Below are positions 13,641 to 24,422 of a DNA stretch of 64,000 bases, piece after piece (within the stretch, counting starts at the first letter, position 1; each line of letters begins with the position of its first letter). The position numbers were made by a program, and so were the translations under genes. Source of the DNA: the human T2T-CHM13v2.0 reference genome, Homo sapiens; assembly GCF_009914755.1 (NCBI RefSeq), contig NC_060941.1; one strand, written 5' to 3'. The notes below the pieces were generated by a model that did not search any database, was not told the DNA's origin, and worked only from the letters and a program-made list of their open reading frames with translations.

Positions 13641-16600
13641 ACATAGGGTTTGGCATCCCCTCCAATATTGCAAAAGGAATTGCCACATCCTTGCCTGTGG
13701 ATTTTATTCACAAGTCCTGTGGCTCTCTCTACATCCCGGCCACCATGTGTTATTTCCTGTTTATATATATGACATCAAAGGTGCAGGAAGTAATGAACTA
13801 AATTGGAAGGATAAACACGTAGAAAAATCGAGGTAAATACTGACTACATAAAACCATAAGAATAAGAATTTTGGATAATCTATCTATTATATATCTATTT
13901 ATCTAACATCTATCTGTTCCTCCATCTGTAATTAAAATATATTAGTTAGAGAACAGAGGAAAAAGTAGGAATACATGAATTTAAATTTTAATTCTTCTTA
14001 GATTGTCTCACAGCATCATTATATGACAGAAAATTTATAGGTCAGTATCTGTTAACTATAAATGTTACATTTTTAAACTATTCAAATATATTGAATTACA
14101 GCATGAATAATATATTACAATCCATTCAAGTTTATTTTTTTCCAGGAACACAAAAATACAAATTTCATTTGCAATTCAAGAAAAACAGAAATGGATACAT
14201 ATGATTGATGTATATACACATTTAATGTATTTTTAAATATACATTTTTAAAAAATAAAATGTTTCCAGGACATAAAATTTTCTAGAAATAAGATTTTCTA
14301 GGACAACTACTTAAAATATCACTGAAAATAGTGTAATACCAAATAACTCTGGTATTACATAAGAAAACAAAATTAAAATTTCAGATAAGCATAGAAACTA
14401 AAAATTTTAAAAATATTATTCTGTTCTCCATATGTTCATATTTAATTTTATTTCTTTTCATTTTTCTTCAGTGTTGCTCTACTAAAATATAACATACAAT
14501 AGTTACTTTTGATTTCTGTTCTTATTACTCAAAACTGTATACATTTTCTCATGCTCTTAATTTAGCTATGCTACTTTTCTTTACTCTTGGAATTTTCTCA
14601 TTCGAGTTCACTCTCTTTTGAGTTCCCATAGTATCAAATAAGCTTTTTTCCCTCTTTCTAATTTGAAGGTTCATCTTCTCATAATTATTTTGTCCACTCA
14701 GTTTCTTTTCATTCTCAGTTAAGTGCCTCTCATCTGGCTTCTTTTCATTTGTAAGGTTTCCTTTCATCTCAAGCCAGTCTTTTATTTATATTTTGATTCT
14801 GTTTTCTGGAGGACATGCTTCCCTGAATTTTAAGGAAGAGGCCAAAAGGTTTGTTCAAGTTTTTACCTGATACATTGGATTAAATTATCTAATGTACACA
14901 CTCTTAATTTAAGTCTAGGGGCGACTGTCTACTCTTGATTTTGTATAGTATTATTTTTCTTAACATCCAAGTCCATCTTCATCTATTTGTATATGATCAA
15001 TAAAAATATATTTGTCCAGAACCCTGCTTTGGTGGAGTTACTTCTTTCTAAGTAGGAGAGGTAGCAGTTGAGACATGAGCTGGGTTCTGGGTCAGTTTAG
15101 AGGGCTGGGCGACATTCCTCCTTTTGGTCTGTATGACTGAATGAATGAGGTTCTTGCTGTCTCGCTCCTCTCCTTAACACATTGAGCCATTGCAGCAGAT
15201 GAGAAGGAATAATCCTGATCTGCCATTCAGGTGGAACACTTGTTCTCTCCAAACACATCCATAGGTTGTACTCACACTCGGCCAGAATGTATCCTGTCAA
15301 TGATATGGAGATGTATCTAGCTATCTAGATAGATATCTACTTTGGTTTATGCTCTCTGATTGTCCGTAAATTATCTCCTTAAAGTGAATATCAAAAGAGA
15401 GCTTGGTGATGGCAGTGTTATAAAATCCTCAAAATGCAGCACCCACACCCAGAGGAATTTGTAGTTTCTGGGATTCTAATTCAGATACCAAACTATATAA
15501 AAGGGGCATTGGTCATTGAGGGTTGCTAGGCTCTTTTTTGAGCATAATTGTTCTTTCCAAGACTTTGAAATTATTTTAAAAGTCTAACCTTTTCCTCGGT
15601 ATGCTGCAAGATGATTTGATTTTAATGCACAAGCACTAATTCTCCCCTAAGATTTGTACAATATATTTGCTTTGACAAGCCATAGCCAGCAACTCACTTC
15701 ACAGCAATTTATAGCATTTCCACAACAAGTTGAATTATTTTTAACTAGACTCTCTTTGCCTTAATAAAAATATGAAGAAGCAATCTACTTGTTCTAATTA
15801 GGTTCAAAAGTTGACAGTCTCTCTCCTGGAAAGAATAATAAAACTTTTCAACGGCCTAATATGCATCTATAGACACACACACACACACACACGCAGGCAC
15901 TGTTCATAAAACTTAAAGCACATTCTGTTCTATGAATTCCTTTGTCTAGCACAAAATAAAACGATCTCAGTATATGTCAAGTACCAATTTTTTCGTATGG
16001 CCAATTATAGGTATTTTATTTTTTAAAGATTAGAGTGTTCTTGAAGCTCTTTCTATTTCTTTGTCAATGAACTAAACATTGACAGATATGTAGGTTTTCC
16101 CACATAAGAACATTATTAACATCAAAATAGAAAGCTGGCGGTAGAAATAATGATTGGGAACACAGAGTCCCTACTCAGCGTTCTACTTCTGCCATACCAT
16201 AACTTTGTGATCTCACGAAATATCACTCCATGTTGTCATCCCTATGTATAGTTCTGTCATTTTTCAATAAGAGCTTTTTGCTTAATTATGAAGTACTAGT
16301 TACTATAACCATTATTTTGAGCTTCATGTAAATCAAGAACACATGGACTCCACTTGCAAAACATTGAAAATGTAGTTAGGGATTGGGGACACAAAGCAAC
16401 ATTTTAAAATGTGTAAAGACAATGAGTAAGCAACAAAGTGTCCAATTTTTTAGGCGAAAGTTGCATACGTCAGGAAAAAGCAGGATTAAGTAACAGAGAA
16501 TTTGAATGATAACTGGCCATTGGTGTCGTTTACAATTGCAAGTCATAAAAATGAAGTTTGCTTTTTTAAAGAGAAAAGGAGTTAGTTAGAATGGGTCAAC

Positions 16601-17657
16601 CTATTGGGGAAGCAATGTAGTTAGAGACAATGCCCAAAACCATGTGAGCAAATGCTCTGTAGAGCGCACCCCTGCAATGCTGCCATTGTGAGGCCAACTC
16701 TCTCCTTGTCTTGGTACTGAGCCCTCCATTCTGCCTCCATCATTGCCACTGTAGCTGCCACAAAATGATCCCTCAACCACCGCTGCCCAGGAACAAAGAA
16801 AGAATTCTGTCCTTCCGTGCTCTCAGATCAATTTCCAACATCAGGTGAGACTTTGATGGGCACTATTCAGTTCCCATATCCCTGAAATAGATGCAGTAAA
16901 AACATAGAAATTGCCTATGTGTTTCCCAATAAGACACATATGGAAGCCTGTTTTCCCACAACAGGAAGGGGTTTCCACGACGGGTGTTCAAAGGAACAAT
17001 AGTCCCTGTAAACCATACTTTGCCCATATGAAGAAAAGCAATAAGGATTATTTAGTAAATAGACATGGAAACTCATCCAGGGTTGGCTGATGAGAAGCTT
17101 TTTAGCAAGGGGGTCTGCCTTCAGTTAGGACAAGGTCTGTGCTTCCCGCGGGTTCTCTCCACAGCAGGAGGGATGCAAGCTTCCCTTTCCTCCCCTGCAC
17201 CTACCCTCAAATGGCCTAGAGGTCTTCAGGTGCTAGAATTTCTCAATTAATGCTGCACAAAATAACAGACAGCCTTGACAGTCACAGTCTGTTCTCATGA
17301 AGCTAGTCTCTGCTTACTACATAAAAGAGAAGAGTAAGAACAATGGTGGTAAACACTACCCTAGCTCAAAAAAGTTTCTCTCTGTAGGATGCCAAGAACC
17401 TGGGAACCAGTACATCTGCTGCTTTCCCTTCTCGGATTCTAGCCCAGACAAAAGAGGCAAGGGGCATTTCTTCAGAGGTCTTGAGCTTCACTACACAATG
17501 CCCCAGGCACTACATGCACCCTCTTTATATATTTCTACCTTGAAAACAATTTTATATAATATTAATAATATATATTTTTATATAAGGAACACATATGTTT
17601 ATTTTATAGATAGATATAGATTTTCATAGATAAAGATCTCTAGTCTGCCTTTTTTAA

Positions 17658-17954
17658 GGCTGGGCTGATCGCGGTGCCTCAAAACTATAATCCCAGCACT
17701 TTGGGAGGCCAAGGTGGCCAGATCTCTTGAGTCCAGGAGATGGAGATCAGCCAGGGCAACATGGTGAAACCCCATCTTTACAAAAATTAGCTAGCATGGT
17801 GTCATGTACTTGCAGTCCCTGCTACTCAGGAGACTGAGGTGAAAGAATCGCTTGAGCACAGTATGTGAAGGCTTCAGTGAGGTCTGATCACATGACTGCA
17901 CTCCATCTTGGGTGACAAAGTGAGACCCTGTCTCAAAATAAAATAAAATAAAAA
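17658..17954 (+). mobile_element. AluJ
   Basis: Dimeric Alu with J-type features (CTTGAGTCCAGGAG, GTGAGACCCTGTCTC) and (AAAAT)n tail. Confidence 0.88.
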
Positions 17955-18990
17955 GGCTACCACCATACTCACAGATAAGTGTGTCAGGTATATTTGCAGC
18001 TATCTTTCCTATATTCTATTAGGTAAAAAAAAAATTGCAAAGAACTCTTCTCATTCTAGATTTTTGTTTTAATTAGACATTTGAAGTTTATAGCAGAAGA
18101 GCTATAATCATGTTTTGTGTGTGTACTCTATAGACCAGATAGTGCAAACATATATCAATGCTTTCTAAAAGTATATAAGGTTATTAGAAATATTTTAAAC
18201 TACCTATAGGTATATATGTATCTAATTGAACTATCAAATGCAAGTAAGATCATTTCCTTAGCGTGTGAAATGCACTCAATTTATTAAAATATTTTCTAAT
18301 GTCTATTACAATAATATTTCTTAATTAGCTAACATAAGAGGAGTTTTAAGACATTTATTTATATGTACTTACTAGATTCAAACTCGATTCCACTATTTTC
18401 AGAAATCATGCTCCGAGACAAGTCCTTTTTTTAATCCATGTTTCTTCCTGTATTAAAAGACAGATATGTCAATTTTGCTAATCATACTGTTCCAAACCTC
18501 TCCATCTTATTTTTCCGTTTGTTCTACCAGTCATTCAGAGACTTACTTATATTCAAATTTCTCTCTAGTTTTAACATTTGTGTATGTCTTCTTGTGTTTT
18601 TGTCTATTTTTGCTGTATATAATTTAAGACATTTATTGACATATATCATACATGCAGAAAAGTACAATGATTAAATATGGATAGCTTCATTAATGAAACA
18701 CATGTATTTGCTTAGAACCATGTATGAAAATAGAACATTACTAAAAATAGAGATACTTCTCCTGCCCCTTTCCAAACACTAACCCTCATCCTCAATAGTA
18801 ACAGATTTTTTTTATCATACAGTAATTTGGTCTATTTTCAAATTTTTATTAAATAAATCAGAGTATCTACTCCAAGTCTATGTTTCTTTCATTGTTGTTA
18901 TTTTTCTTATAGTATTTATCTGCTAATGGACATGGTAGATTAAAGACGGCTACATACACATTTTTTAATTAATAGATTTTTTGAGCACTT

Positions 18991-19118
18991 TGTGGCTCAT
19001 GCCTCTAATCCCACCACTTTGGGAGGCTGAGGTGCGTGGATCATGAGGTCAGGAGATCGAGACCATCCTGGCCAACGTGGTAAAACCCCTTCTCTACTAA
19101 AATACAAAAAATTAGCTG
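18991..19118 (+). mobile_element. Alu (S/Y type) left arm, 3'-truncated at the start of the right monomer
   Basis: GTGGCTCATGCC...GGATCATGAGGTCAGGAGATCGAGACCATCCTGGCCAAC...AAAATACAAAAAATTAGCTG, then an abrupt switch to non-Alu sequence. Confidence 0.85.
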
Positions 19119-19129
19119 ATAGATAACAT

Positions 19130-19267
19130 CAAGATAACATCTTTGTTCTTAGCTGCACTGAGTCAAGCCTACTTACATCTTTGTTTGTCTTCCTCTGCAC
19201 TTTTCCTTCCACATCACACTCCAGGAATGTCAAGCTGTGCTGCCTTCTACCCCATTTCCACTATTTC
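19130..19267 (+). repeat. ~140-bp leader preceding GC array 1 (copy 1 of 3)
   Basis: CAAGATAACATCT...TTCTTAGCTGCA-TGAGTCAAGC...CATCACACTCCAG...CTTCTACCCCAT-TCCACTATTT, also at 53379-53517 and 60792-60925. Confidence 0.9.
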
Positions 19268-19815
19268 GCCCCCGCCGACGCGGCTTTTTGCCGCCATGGA
19301 TTTTTGACCACGCCGCTGCGGGTTTTTGCCGCTTTATGCCTCCGCCGCCGCGACTTTTTGCCCCCGCCGCCTTTGCTTTCTGCCCCCAAGGCTGCGACTT
19401 TTTACGGCTTTTTGCCCCCGTCACCGCAGCTTTTTGCCCCCGCCGCCGCCGCAGCTTTTTGTCGCCGCGGCTGTTTGCCTCCGCCACAGTGGCTTGTTGC
19501 CCCCGCCGCCGTGGCTTGTTGCCCCCGTCGCCCCGGCTTTTTCCCCCACTGCCCCGGCTTTTTAACTCTACCGTTGCGGCTTTTTGCGCCCGCCACCGCG
19601 GCTTTTTGCGGTTTTTTGCCCCCGCCGCGGCTGTTTTCCCCCGCCCTCGCGGCTTTTTGCCCCCATCACCGCGGCTTTTTCCCCGCGGCCGTGGCTTTTT
19701 GCCGACGCGGCTTTTTACTCCCGCCGCCGCAGGTTTTTACCGCTGCGGCTTTTTCACCCCGCCGTCGCGGGTTATTGCCCCCATCGCCGTGGCTTTTTGC
19801 CCCCACCGCCGCGGG
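19268..19815 (+). repeat. GC-rich satellite array 1 (~22-bp unit GCCCCCGCCGCCGCGGCTTTTT)
   Basis: Degenerate tandem repeat of CCG-rich blocks separated by T5 runs; resembles the CAAAAAGCGGG-type GC-rich repeats described at pericentromeric duplication junctions. Confidence 0.92.
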
Positions 19816-19966
19816 TCTGAGGGCGGGATCGGCAGACTCGGCTGCCAGGTCTACCAGAGTCCTGGCTAGGGCACCGCGGAGGGTCACACCTGGTCCAGCT
19901 CTCCCGGTTCGGGGGTTCCTTGCCTAGACACCAGCGCCCCAAGCTCTGCTCCTGGGCCGCTGCAGC

Positions 19967-20197
19967 CTGCATAGAGCGGCGCTGCGCTCGGCCCCGATGG
20001 GAGAGAAGAAGGAGAGCGGTGGCTGGGGTGACGCGGCTATCGCAGAGGGAGGCTCACGGGCCGCGGCCAGCCAGGTGCTGCAGCAGTGCGGGCAGCTCCA
20101 GAAGCTCATCAGCATCTCTGTTGGCAGCCTGCGCGGGCTGCGCACCATGTGCGCTGTGTCCAAGGACCTCACCCAGCAGGAGATACGGACCATGGAG
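19967..20197 (+). pseudogene. KSR1: Unprocessed duplicated KSR1 exon 1 (kinase suppressor of Ras 1 N-terminus, residues ~1-77), KSR1P-type fragment
   Basis: Translates as [77 protein letters not shown] against recalled KSR1 [77 protein letters not shown], with no gaps. Similarity stops at the donor GAG|GTAAGG (20197/20198). No later KSR1 exon recognised in the window. Confidence 0.93.
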
Positions 20198-21026
20198 GTA
20201 AGGGGGTCAGGGACAAGGGCTGGGCTCCCGCACCGGACTGGACATCTCCCTCGGGGCCCCAGTTCACTCCTGGCCGAGTTGCGTCCTTGAGCCCGCGTCG
20301 CCTCCCTGGAGGCTTCTCCTCCATCCTGCACTCGCTGATGCGGCAGCCAGAGGACCCGGGACCAGCCCTCACCTTGGGCAGGATTTGTGGGGCGGGTGCG
20401 TGTTGGGAACTGTGATGGAGGCTCGAGGGGCCCGTGGGCGGGGTGGGCTGTGCGCATAAGGGGATGCCCTTATGCCCCGAATTTCCATCTCGTGCAGCGT
20501 TCTCATCTTGTAGGTGAGGAAACCGAAGGCCTGAGGGAGAAATGACTTGCCAGGAACCCCTGTTAAGGAAAATTAACAAAGTGTGGTTATTAAAGAAGAA
20601 CTGAGTTCGGATTCAGACCTGGAGTCCCACATCCTTGGTTAAGACATTATACCACTTTGAGTCTGGCCTGTTAACTGAGGTTGAGCCACTCCATCCTCGT
20701 CTTATTGTGGGGTCCTGACCTCAAGGGGTTTCCTGCAGGAAGAAGCAAATGGGTTTGCTTTCCTAGCTCTGTCCAGTACCTTAGGGACCCTGAGAACTGG
20801 AGAGATTCTTGGAGAGCCATCTGGTGTATGTCATGGGTGGGCCTTGTTTGAAGGTCAGTCTGCCCAGTGGGCTGGCTCAGCCCGAATGAACTCCCTTGAA
20901 TCTTTGGAGTTGTCTGTGTACTTTTAAGGGTTTCTCATCTTTGCACCAAAAGATCCCCTGGAAATTAGGTGGGAAAATCTTAACTTTTGTGGAGCCTTGT
21001 ATTTGTTTTAAAAGTTCATGCACATA

Positions 21027-21296
21027 GCCAGGTGTGGTGGCTCCCACCTGTTATCCTGTCCTGGATCCCTTGAGTCAAGGAGTTTGAGACCAACCTGGAC
21101 AATATAGTGAGACCCCATCTGTACAAAAAATAAAATATTAGCCAGGAGTGGTTGTGCGCATCTGTAGTCCTACCTACTACTGTGGCTGAGGTGGGAGGAG
21201 CACTTGAGCCTGCACTGAGCTGTGATCTCACCAGTGTATTCCACCCTGGGCCACAGAGCAACACCTTGACTCAAAAGAAAAAAAAAACAAGAAAAA
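21027..21296 (+). mobile_element. AluJ with internal deletions
   Basis: GCCAGGTGTGGTGGCTC...GAGTTTGAGACCAACCTGGACAATATAGTGAGACCCC...TTAGCCAGG... and an A-rich tail. Confidence 0.85.
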
Positions 21297-21404
21297 TTCT
21301 TGAAGATTTTTCATTCTGTCCCACTATCCATTGGTTTTCATGTCAAGATAATGTCAGAAATTCTTTACAATTGCTTCCAGAAGGAGTAGCCTTTTGATCT
21401 AGTG

Positions 21405-21599
21405 CACAGATGTCCAGTGTTTTGGCTTCTCAGGGCCACATTGGAAGAAGAATGCTCCTGGGCCACAGATAAAATACACTACTGCTAACGATAGCTGATG
21501 AACTTAAAAAAAAAAAAAAGGTTTGTGCATAATTTTCATGATACCCACCACCACAGATAGGCGGAAAAGTCCTTGTAGTCAAAGGGTTGGACATGGCTG
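21405..21599 (+). mobile_element. MER30-family hAT-Charlie MITE
   Basis: TGTCCAG..TTTTGGCTTC..GGGCCACATTGGAAGAAGAA...AACGATAGCTGATGA...GGGTTGGACA; 8-bp TSD ATCTAGTG (21397) / GTCTAGTG (21600). Confidence 0.85.
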
Positions 21600-21964
21600 G
21601 TCTAGTGTCTTGTCGTCCGTTTTGGCTTTCTCCCTGACTCCAGAATGCAGGTGGAGATGTAGAGACATGATCTCAGGACAGCTGTTGAGATAAAAAAAAT
21701 TCGTTGTCATTTATTCCCAAGCACAGCTTTTTTCCATTTGCATTGAAAAAGTCTCCATTCAAACTGCTGTCACATATAAAATCTATTTATATGCCTGTAT
21801 TTTTCTGTTGTCTTGGCCTTTGTGGGCAGTAGTGTGTTTTAACTGAGCAAACTGTCCTTCCAAATAATGAAGCTGAAGTCAGCCTACCTGCTTGCCACTT
21901 TTCTTCCCCTTCCATTTTTCTAACCTCAGGATAATTGTAAGAATGAATTAAGATTTGTGTTTAA

Positions 21965-22107
21965 GGCCGGGCACAGTGTCTCAGGCCTGTAATCTCAGCA
22001 CTTTGGGAGGCGGAGATGGATGTATCATTTGATCTCAGGAGTTGAAGACCAGCCTGGGCAACATACTGAGACTCTGTCTTGTATAATTAAATTAAAATTT
22101 AAAAAAA
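21965..22107 (+). mobile_element. FLAM / Alu left monomer
   Basis: GGCCGGGCACAGTG...GCACTTTGGGAGG...GACCAGCCTGGGCAACATA then an A-rich tail with no right arm. Confidence 0.8.
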
Positions 22108-22980
22108 GGAGAGAAAAGGACCTGTGTTTAAAATTTAAAATAAGGGGGGAAGGTGTAATGCAAAATGTGGACTATGCTAGCTATGATTGGGAAAAATAAT
22201 TTTTCATACAGCATTATCTGTTGACTTGTATTAGCAGCATACTGGTCATAAGCGTTTTGCTTTCATCAAATATGATAAGGTAAGCTACTTTAAAGTGTGG
22301 TGGGGCTTTCTTCTGCATGGCTCCTGGAGGTGTTGAGTCCCAATTTAGCCAATTAATTTGGGTTTAGTTTTGATATGGATAAGGGAGACTGGCTTCATTC
22401 ATGATGCACACACAGTTTTGCCAATAAGGAAAAAAAAAGCAACCTGAATGTTCCTACTCATTAGATGCTATCTGGAGAGCTCCTATCCCACAGCCACAAA
22501 GGCCCTGGCCCTTAAAAAGACTCAATGCAGCCTTTCTGCATCTCATACTGTATTCTGCAAGATGCTCCTGTGAAAGAAAGTTGTGCTGCATCAGCCATCT
22601 CCCTCCTGAAGATCCCTGTGGCTGAGGATTTGTGTTTTGAAGGTTCTCAGAAGTCCTGCAACAGTTCTCAAACTTATTTGTCCAGGGGATCTTTTCTTTC
22701 ACTGAATGTAGTTGGGGAGACATAGCCTTAAGCCATGAGCAGAGAAAGAGACAAGAAACTGTTGGCTCACTTACAACCAAGTGTTGTGTTTATGTTTTAG
22801 GTTTTTATGAAACTGAGGTGCTGTTTGAGGTGCTGAATCAAATTGGGTGGTTGAAGAGAGGCTGGTATCCCTGTAGACTTAGCCAGCCATGAGAGGTTGA
22901 GTTTTGTTGAAGGAGGTGTTTTACAAAGGGAAATAGGGTGTTTCCTGGGCATCACATTAGCACTTAAATACATGTATCAC

Positions 22981-23391
22981 TGAAATGAAATGAAATGAAA
23001 TGAAATGATGAAATGATGACATGAAATGAAATGAAATGATGAAATGAAATGAAATGATGAAATGAAATGATAAAATGATGAAATGAAATGATGAGATGAA
23101 ATGAAATGGTGAAATGATGAAATGAAATGCTGAAATGAAATGAAATGATGAAATGAAATGATGAGATTAAATGAAATGATGAAATGATGAAATGGAATGA
23201 TGAAATGAAATGATGAAATGATGAAATGGTGCAATGAAATGAGGAAATGAAATGAAATGCTGAAATGAAATGATGATGTGAAATGGTGAAAAGAAACGAA
23301 ATGATGAAATGATGAAATGAAGAAATGGTGGGAAATGATGAAATGAAATGATGAAATGAAGTGAAATGATGAAATGATGAAATAATGAAAT
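22981..23391 (+). repeat. (GAAAT/GAT)n simple satellite, (TTTCA)n-rich on the minus strand; reminiscent of HSat2/3 pentamers
   Basis: About 410 bp of TGAAA pentamers interspersed with TGA trimers. Confidence 0.92.
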
Positions 23392-23591
23392 GAGGGCTGG
23401 AGCCAAGATGGCCGAATAGGAGCAGCTCCAGTCTACAGCTCCCAGCATGAGCGACACAGAAGACGGGTGATTTCTGCATTTCTATCTGAGGTACCAGGTT
23501 CATCTCACTAAGGGAGTGCCAAACAGTGGGTGCAGGACAGTGGGTGCAGCCCACCGTGTGGGAGCCAAAGCAGGGCGAGGCATTGCCTCAC

Positions 23592-23846
23592 TCAGGAAGC
23601 ACAAGGGGTCAGGAAGTTCCCTTTCCTAGTCAAAGAACGGGGTGACAGATGGCACCTGGAAAATCGGGTCACTCTCACCCTAATACTGCACTTTTCCAAC
23701 AGGCTTGGAAAACGGCACACCAGGAGATTGTGTCCCGCACCTGGCTCAGAGGGTCTTATGCCAATGGAGTCTTGCTGATTGCTAGCACGGCACTCTGAGA
23801 TCAAACTGCAAGGCGGCAGCAAGGCTGGGGGAGTGGGGCCCGCCAT
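23592..23846 (-). CDS. LINE-1 antisense ORF0, open (84 aa)
   Basis: ATG at 23846 gives MAGPTPPALLPPCSLISECRASNQQDSIGIRPSEPGAGHNLLVCRFPSLLEKCSIRVRVTRFSRC..., homologous to recalled L1HS ORF0 MAGAPPPASLPPCSLISDCCASNQRDSVGVGPSEPG... Confidence 0.75.
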   Translation of the reverse strand: MAGPTPPALLPPCSLISECRASNQQDSIGIRPSEPGAGHNLLVCRFPSLLEKCSIRVRVTRFSRCHLSPRSLTRKGNFLTPCAS

Positions 23847-24422
23847 TGCCCTGTCTTTCTTAGGTAAACAAAGCAGCCAGGCAGCTGGAACTGGGTGGAG
23901 CTCACAAAAGCTCCAGGAGGCCTGCCTGCCTCTGTAGGCTCCACCTCTGGGGGCAGGGCACAGACACACAAAAAGTCAGCAGTAACCTCTGCAGACTTAA
24001 ATGTCCCTGTCTGACAGCTTTGAAGAGAGTAGTGGTTCTCCCAGCACACAACTGGAGATCTGAGACTGGGCAGACTGACTCCTAAAGTGGGTCACTGAAC
24101 CCCGAACAGCCTAACTGGGAGGCACCCCCCTGTAGGGACAGACTGACACCTCACTCGGCCAGGTAGTCCTCTGAGACCAAACTTCCAGAGGAATGATCAG
24201 ACAGCTGAATTTGTGGTTCATGAAAATCTGCTGTTCTGCAGCCACCGCTGCTGATACCCAGGCAAACAGGGTCTGGTGTGGACCTCTAGTAAACTCCAAC
24301 AGACCTGCAGCTGAGGGTCCTGTCTGTTAGAAGCAAAACCAACAAACAGAAAGGACACCCACACCAAAAACCCATCTGTACATCAACATCATCAAAGACC
24401 AAAAGTTGATAAAACCACAAAG

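Larger units (their letters stand above)
13005..19916 (+). repeat. Segmental duplication, copy 1 (paralog at 54731-63534)
   Basis: Colinear similarity from GAAAATGTTC (13005/54731) through the L1MB remnant, (CA)n, AluJ, truncated Alu, leader and GC array to TGGTCCAGCTCTCCC (19891/63510). Paired ORFs in the track: 14549/56263, 15097/56802, 17065/58779. Confidence 0.95.
19268..20460. promoter_or_regulatory. CpG-island-like region (GC satellite + KSR1-derived 5' UTR, exon 1 and intron start)
   Basis: Very high GC and CpG density against an AT-rich background; GC-box-like GGGCGGG motifs near 19821, 20389 and 20436. Promoter activity is not demonstrated. Confidence 0.55.

Noticed and set aside
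14549-14767. Lys/Glu-rich 72-aa ORF also present at 56263-56472
   Set aside because: Its recurrence is explained by the recent duplication. No recognisable domain or splice context; possibly an old L1 remnant.
19130-19815. Leader plus repeat array resembling a CRISPR locus
   Set aside because: Primate DNA; units are degenerate tandem repeats without unique spacers, and there are no cas genes.
22964-23554. His/Phe/Ile/Ser-rich ORFs
   Set aside because: Translation of the (TTTCA/TCA)n satellite.
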